Source: Cyanophora paradoxa CCMP329 (Eukaryota; Plantae; Glaucophyta). Taken from it: 64,000 nt of DNA. Position numbers and translations under genes: made by a program. The notes under the pieces were generated by a model, which ran no database searches, had not been told where the DNA came from, and saw only the letters and a list, made by a program, of their open reading frames with translations. Below are positions 59,088 to 64,000 of the stretch, piece after piece. Each line of letters starts with the position of its first letter. Positions within the stretch are counted from its first letter, which is position 1. The DNA lies in contig QPMI01000152.1 of NCBI GenBank assembly GCA_004431415.1, positions 62,001 to 126,000 on the forward strand, written 5' to 3'.

Positions 59088-60309
59088 ATGCTTGTGCCGC
59101 TGCGGCGGCTGGCGTGCCAGGCCGGCGACTCGTTCCGGTTCGCGGCCCCACGAAGCGCGCCCGGGCGTCCCACCTCTACGACCGGTCCCCGGCGCTCCCT
59201 TGCACTCAAGAGCTAGCGCAGGTCGCTCTCGGGAGCGCTTGTACACGCCAGCGCCGTCGTGCACCCGTCGGCGACGCTCGAGCCCAACGCGGTCCTCCTG
59301 CCCGGCGCGCAGGTGCGGCGCCGGCCGTACGCGCCCCCGCCGCACACGATCCACCCGCGCAGGTCGGAGAGGGCGCACACATCGGCGCCGGCACCGTCGT
59401 GGGGCCGCAGGTCATCGTCGGCCGCGAGACGCGCGTCGGCTACGGCGCCGCCCTCTCGAACTGCTCCATCGGCGAGCGCTGCATCATCCACCACGGCGTA
59501 CGCATCGGGCAGGCGAGCGCGGCGCCGGCGAGTGCGCCGCGCTGGCCGCCCACCGCCCCGGCCGCCGCGCGCAGGACGGGTTCGGGTTCTACCACGAGCC
59601 GGGGACGGGGGCGGTGAGGAAGAAGCCGCAGCTGCTGCGCGTGGTCGTGGGGAGCGACGTCGAGATCGGGGCGAACACGTGCGTGGACCGCGGCAGCTGG
59701 CGCGACACCATCATCGGCGACAACACCAAGATCGACAACCTGGCGCGCGCCCGCCCCTTTACGTCGCCTCGCACGCCCTGACGCCGGCTGCAGGTGCAGG
59801 TGGCGCACAACGTGCAGATAGGGCGCGGGTGCTTCGTCTGTGGGCAGGTGGGGATCGCGGGTGCGCGCGCGCCCTTCGCGGAAAGTGGCGGCCGGCCCGA
59901 CGCTTCCTGACGCCCGTGCAGGCTCCGTGACAATAGGGAACCACGTTCAGATCGGCGGACAGGTCGGGATCGCGCAGCATCTCACGATCGGCGACAGGGC
60001 GCGGCCCCGCCCGGCCCGCCCCGCGGCCCGCGCCGCCGCGGCTCACGCCGCCCGGGGAGCAGGTGAGGATAGCGGCCCAGAGCGGCGTGACGAGGAGCCT
60101 CGAGGCCGGCGGCACGTACGGTGCGCGCTGCTTGCGCGCGGCGCGGCGCGGCCTTGCAGACGGCGCCGACGGGCGGGGCGGGGCGGGCAGCGGGGTCGCC
60201 GGCAGTGGAGGTGCGGGACTGGCGGCACCAGGTCCTCGTCCTCCGGCAGCTCGCCCGCGACGTGGCCGCCTCCCGCGGCGGTCTGGGCGGGCCCGAGGGC
60301 GACCCGTAG
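59088..60309 (+). CDS. lpxD: UDP-3-O-acylglucosamine N-acyltransferase (lipid A pathway), organelle-targeted
   Basis: Hexapeptide repeats with [67 protein letters not shown]; Arg-rich N-terminal extension. Confidence 0.95.
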
Positions 60310-60337
60310 GCCTCCACGGGGCCGGGCAGCCTCTTGC

Positions 60338-61263
60338 CTAGGAGAAGCTGGAGACGTAGAAGGCCCCTCCCGCCCGCTCCGCCCGCTTCTCGCCCAGGAG
60401 CGCCCGGTAGTGCCGGTCCAGCGGGTGCTCCCTGCCGCCCCCCCGAGTGAGCGCCCGAGGCCCGGTGCGGGGGGCACAGGCCCGGGGAGGGGGTACCACG
60501 TGCTCTCGCCCGTCTCGGAGTTGAAGAAGTAGACGAGGTCGTTCTCGCTCACGTGCTCGGTCCAGCCCCCTGCCGCGCGCGTTGGAGCCCGGAAGGGCGG
60601 GGCGGGGGGAGCGGGGGGCGGGGGGGCACCTGGCAGGGGGGCCTGGAACGCCTCCTCGACGATCCACCTGCGGCCCGGGCCGGGGCGATCAAGATCTGAG
60701 CGGCGGCGGCGCGGGCGGCGGCGGCGGAGCTCGCATGAGGTCGCTGTCCTCGTCGGGGTCGATGCCGAGGCCGACGGCGAACTCCCGCACCGCCTCCTCG
60801 TCCAGGAAGCCCCGCACCGACGTCGCCCCCGGCCCCGCCTGCCCCCCCGCCTTCTCAGCCGCCCGCACATGCCAGCAACGCCCCCTTCGCAGGGCAGGGC
60901 AGGGCGGGGCGGCGGGCTCCGCGGACCGCGTTGGCCGCCTTCGGGGGGAGGAGGAGCGAGGGCTTGGAGGCGCGCCTCCGCAGCTGCGGCTCGCCCGTCT
61001 GTGGCTGCACCGGCGCCCCGGGCCCCCCGTCCGCCGGCGCCCGCTGCGAGCTCTGCGTACGCGTCGACGGGCGCGGGGCTGGGCGCGGGACCGGGATCAT
61101 CGTTGCGCACGGCGCCTTCTCTACGCCCGTCCTCTGCATCCAGGTGGTGCGCGTGCTCGGCGCATGCGAGGAAGTACTGGAGGAGGGGCAGCGAGACGGA
61201 TCCCTGCTCGCCCGCCGCCGCGACCGCCGCCGCGACCGCTGCCGCGGCAGCGCTCGAGGACAT
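60338..61263 (-). CDS. Small WW-domain protein with a CEP164 N-terminal-like module
   Basis: AVREFAVGLGIDPDEDSDLMWIVEEAFQAPLP.GWTEHVSENDLVYFFNSETGESTWEHPLDRHYRALL. Confidence 0.8.
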
Positions 61264-62685
61264 CGCTCAGCCTGGCAGTAACCTCTCTCCCGAGCACGCG
61301 CTAGGTGGCTCGCGCGCAGCGCGTGGTGGCTGCGGTTCCTCGAATGCTCGGGTGTTACCCGAGGGTCGTGAACCAGGCCGAGGGATTTGAGTGCTCTAGC
61401 TCATCGGCCGGAGCTCGAGCAGAGATCTAGACCTCCCAGCCTGGCAGATCGCAGGCGTTGCGCTTTCCCGGGTACGACTCACTCAGAGCGATCCTTGGCG
61501 AGGGCTCCTCGGTAGTTAGTCCGGGGCCCGCGATCATTTCTTCCTTCCGTGTGGCAGTATCAAATAGTACCTGTTTCACAGTCAGTTCTATCTCGTCAGC
61601 CATGTCTCGGAAACTCAGCAACTCCGGCGTCGTATGCACCGGTTCCTTCTGCGCGGTGAGCTGCAGCGACACAGCGGCTAACGCCTGCCGCAATGGCCTG
61701 AACTCGGGTGCGATCCTGTCCACTTGGTTGTTTGATCATTGGCGGGCTATCCCTTGCCGTTGCGCCCGTCTTGTGATCTAGAAGACACATTCATGTTTAG
61801 AGGGATAGAAAGGGAGCTGCGGGCCGCCTCCTGGTGTCCGCCCCGCTGCTCCCACCGAACACAGCCGTCCAACGGCCGTCCCGTTGTGACGGGAGGAGCC
61901 CCGCGCTCTGTCCGTTCTCTGAGATCATTCCGCAGTGCTCAAGTGTCTCCCGGGCCAGCCGCCTTCGCAGTCCGAGCAGTCCGCTCTGTTCAAGCGCTGC
62001 GCGTCCACCGGCGTCAAATGCAGCAACGGGGTGTGCTCCGTCGCATGCGTGCCTATAAAGGCCACCAAGGTCTCGAGCCAGTGACTCGACTCGGCTAGCT
62101 AGAGCGGCATCTGCTTTCACTCGTATAAGCGCTCCAGCTTCTAAAACCAGTCACGTAGCTTCTTCCTTCCGGGATTGGGTGTCAATAGTGGGTTTTCAAA
62201 TTCGCAGTATCATAGTGTTTCCAGCTACAGCATGCTTTCTGAGCTGTGGCGTTTGTGTATCTTGTACAATACCTTCGTCTTGCTAGTGTCTTTCAAAGCA
62301 TAAGCAGGCTTCCAGGCCGATTGGCCGCACATAATGTTCTTGATTCGTGATTTGTGTGAAATAATACTTGAGCTTTCAGATTTTGCGGGGAGCTGGCCTT
62401 GGAGAGCAGTCTTAGGCGCGCGTGGCGTGAGGCAGCGGATCCTGATGAACCTATATTCAGCTGTAGAACAAAAGAGGGCAAAGTGAAGCTGGGATTGGAG
62501 CTCGAAACCGTTGAACCGGAACCGCGGAGGGCGCATGCGTGGGCCGAGAAAGCTCGGCAGCCGCGAGCTGCAGCACGACACTGCAGCGCGTCGCGGCGCT
62601 TGCACTCGCCGGGTCGCAAACTTGAAATGAATTTTGGAAAGGGCGGGAGAATTCAGATCTAGAGAGGCGGCAGCCCGCCGGCAGG

Positions 62686-63794
62686 TCACTTGCCCTTGGA
62701 TGCGGAGCCGGCGCCGCCGAAGCCGGAGCCCTTCTTCTTGCGCAGGACCTTCGCTGCGGCCGCGATCGCTGCGCGTGCGCCGGACGGCGGCGGTGAGCGC
62801 AGGGATCCGGAGAGACCAGGTTGGGGTCCCGGGCCCGGCGCCAGAGCGGGGCGAGGCGCGCGCACCCTCGACGTTGGGGCGCCGGATCTTCTCGCCGCCC
62901 AGGGAGGCGAGCTCGTCGGCGCCCATGTAGTACCCGAGCACGCCCAGGTTGTCCGCCAGCGCGTGCCTGCCGGCGGAGCGGTGAGGCGCGAGAGCGCGAG
63001 AGCTTGAGAGCTCGAGGGCCGGCGCGCGGCCGAGAGCGAGCGCACCGCGAGCCGCAGTAGTCGCACTGGATGAGGACGGTGCCCCGCGCGATCGCCGCTG
63101 GGTTCACGTACTTCCGCACCTCGTTGTTGCATTTCTAGGGGCGCGCGGCGGCCGAGACCGATCAGCCCGGCGCTCACATGGCGCGCCGTGCGCGTGCAAA
63201 TGCGCGGCTATGCTAGCTCCAAGCTAAGCGACAGGAATGCCAGGCTCGAGCTAGCCGAGGGAAAGGAAGGGAATATGAGGGGTTTCCGAGCTTGAGCTAG
63301 AGAGTCGTGCGCCGAAGACACCTTGCATGTGAAGCTAACGAGCTGCGTGCGCCGATCTGATGAGGGCGTGGGCAGGTCGTCGGCCCGGATCACGATCTCC
63401 TCCACGGCCTCCCGCTCGACCTCCCTGGCCTCGACGTCCACAGTCGCCTGCTCCGCTGACGTCGAAGCGCTTGACTGAGAATCTGAGGCAGCTGCTGCGC
63501 GCAGCGCGTCAGCATACGCCGCACACGCGTCGTGGGCGGCTGCGCACTGGAGGGCGGCTGCGGATCGGATTCGAGGCTGGCTGAGATGCGGACTGCCGAT
63601 GACGGTCGCGCAAACGACCAGGAGCGCGCACTCGACCAGGAGCGCGCGGCTCCCTGGCCCTGCAGCTGGAACGTTCTCGACGAAGTGGGAAGCCTGGGGG
63701 CGGCCGAGCACGAGCACGCAGTTGAGGCGTTTGCGTGAACCGCGCGCGCCGACCGGGGCGCCTGGAGGCCGAGAGAGACGAACGAAGCCGACAT
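62686..63794 (-). CDS. DNL-type zinc finger (Hsp70 escort protein Hep/Tim15 family), probably plastid-targeted
   Basis: LVSFTCKKCNNEVRKYVNPAAIARGTVLIQCDYCGSRHALADNLG; Ser/Ala/Arg-rich presequence starting MSASFV. Confidence 0.88.
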
Positions 63795-63845
63795 CTTTGT
63801 CGTACTCCCCCCATCCAACTCGACTCGGCCTCGGGCTCGCCAGAG
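63795..63845. promoter_or_regulatory. Putative 51-bp bidirectional promoter/5'UTR region
   Basis: Only 51 bp separate two divergent start codons. Confidence 0.45.
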
Positions 63846-64000
63846 ATGGCAGCGGCTCCGGCGCCGATGCGCGTGCTCGTTTCCGGCGCGTCGGGACTCG
63901 TCGGCCGCAACCTCGTGCCGGCGCTCAAGGAGAAGGGGCACAGCGTGACGAAGCTCGTTCGAGGTCGGCCAGCAGCGGATGCAGGCGAACTTTCCTGGGA
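63846..64000 (+). CDS. NAD-dependent epimerase, TIGR01777/SDR39U1-like (5' part only)
   Basis: MRVLVSGASGLVGRNLVPALKEKGHSVTKLVR...LSW: Rossmann GxxGxxG start. Confidence 0.75.
   Translation, partial: MAAAPAPMRVLVSGASGLVGRNLVPALKEKGHSVTKLVRGRPAADAGELSW

Noticed and set aside
19320-60309. Bacterial contamination suggested by lpxD and the DLH-like gene
   Set aside because: Both carry host-type spliceosomal introns and sit among eukaryote-specific genes.
61427-62400. Minus-strand ORFs 61427-61723 and 61797-62120
   Set aside because: They could not be joined without a stop and show no family motif; possibly a decayed gene.

Overview
This is very GC-rich eukaryotic nuclear DNA, not prokaryotic. 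The long six-frame ORFs are mostly artefacts of GC content. The real genes are broken into short exons by many ~50-100 nt introns, with donors GTGCG/GCGCG/GCCCG, a branch point CTGAC/CTCAC and acceptor (C)GCAG. Splicing exons by hand gives about 23 genes, largely as tightly packed head-to-head pairs: RPP38-like (partial), filamin-repeat/vWA protein, a Cys/His-repeat orphan, a very acidic repeat protein, calcineurin-B-like, CEP78-like, a bacterial-type dienelactone-hydrolase-family enzyme, a LamG-SAM-TPR protein, F-box/LRR, a CX5R phosphatase, WDR34, GCL-like BTB, an orphan possible transcription factor, a GH16 glucanase, a membrane-anchored U-box protein, RecQ, MED18, an RVxW orphan, a Ulp1/SENP protease, LpxD, a CEP164-N-like WW protein, a DNL zinc finger and a TIGR01777-type epimerase (partial). 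Flagellar genes, plant-type LpxD and a Phe-containing transit peptide suggest a flagellated alga, possibly a glaucophyte such as Cyanophora (inference only). The most notable points are the very frequent GC-AG introns with G-rich, self-complementary 3' ends, a duplicated unrecognised Cys/His domain, unusual domain fusions, a probable horizontally acquired hydrolase, and small repeat families at gene 3' ends. Gene boundaries are manual reconstructions and several 5' ends are uncertain. No rRNA, tRNA, CRISPR array or autonomous transposase was recognised.
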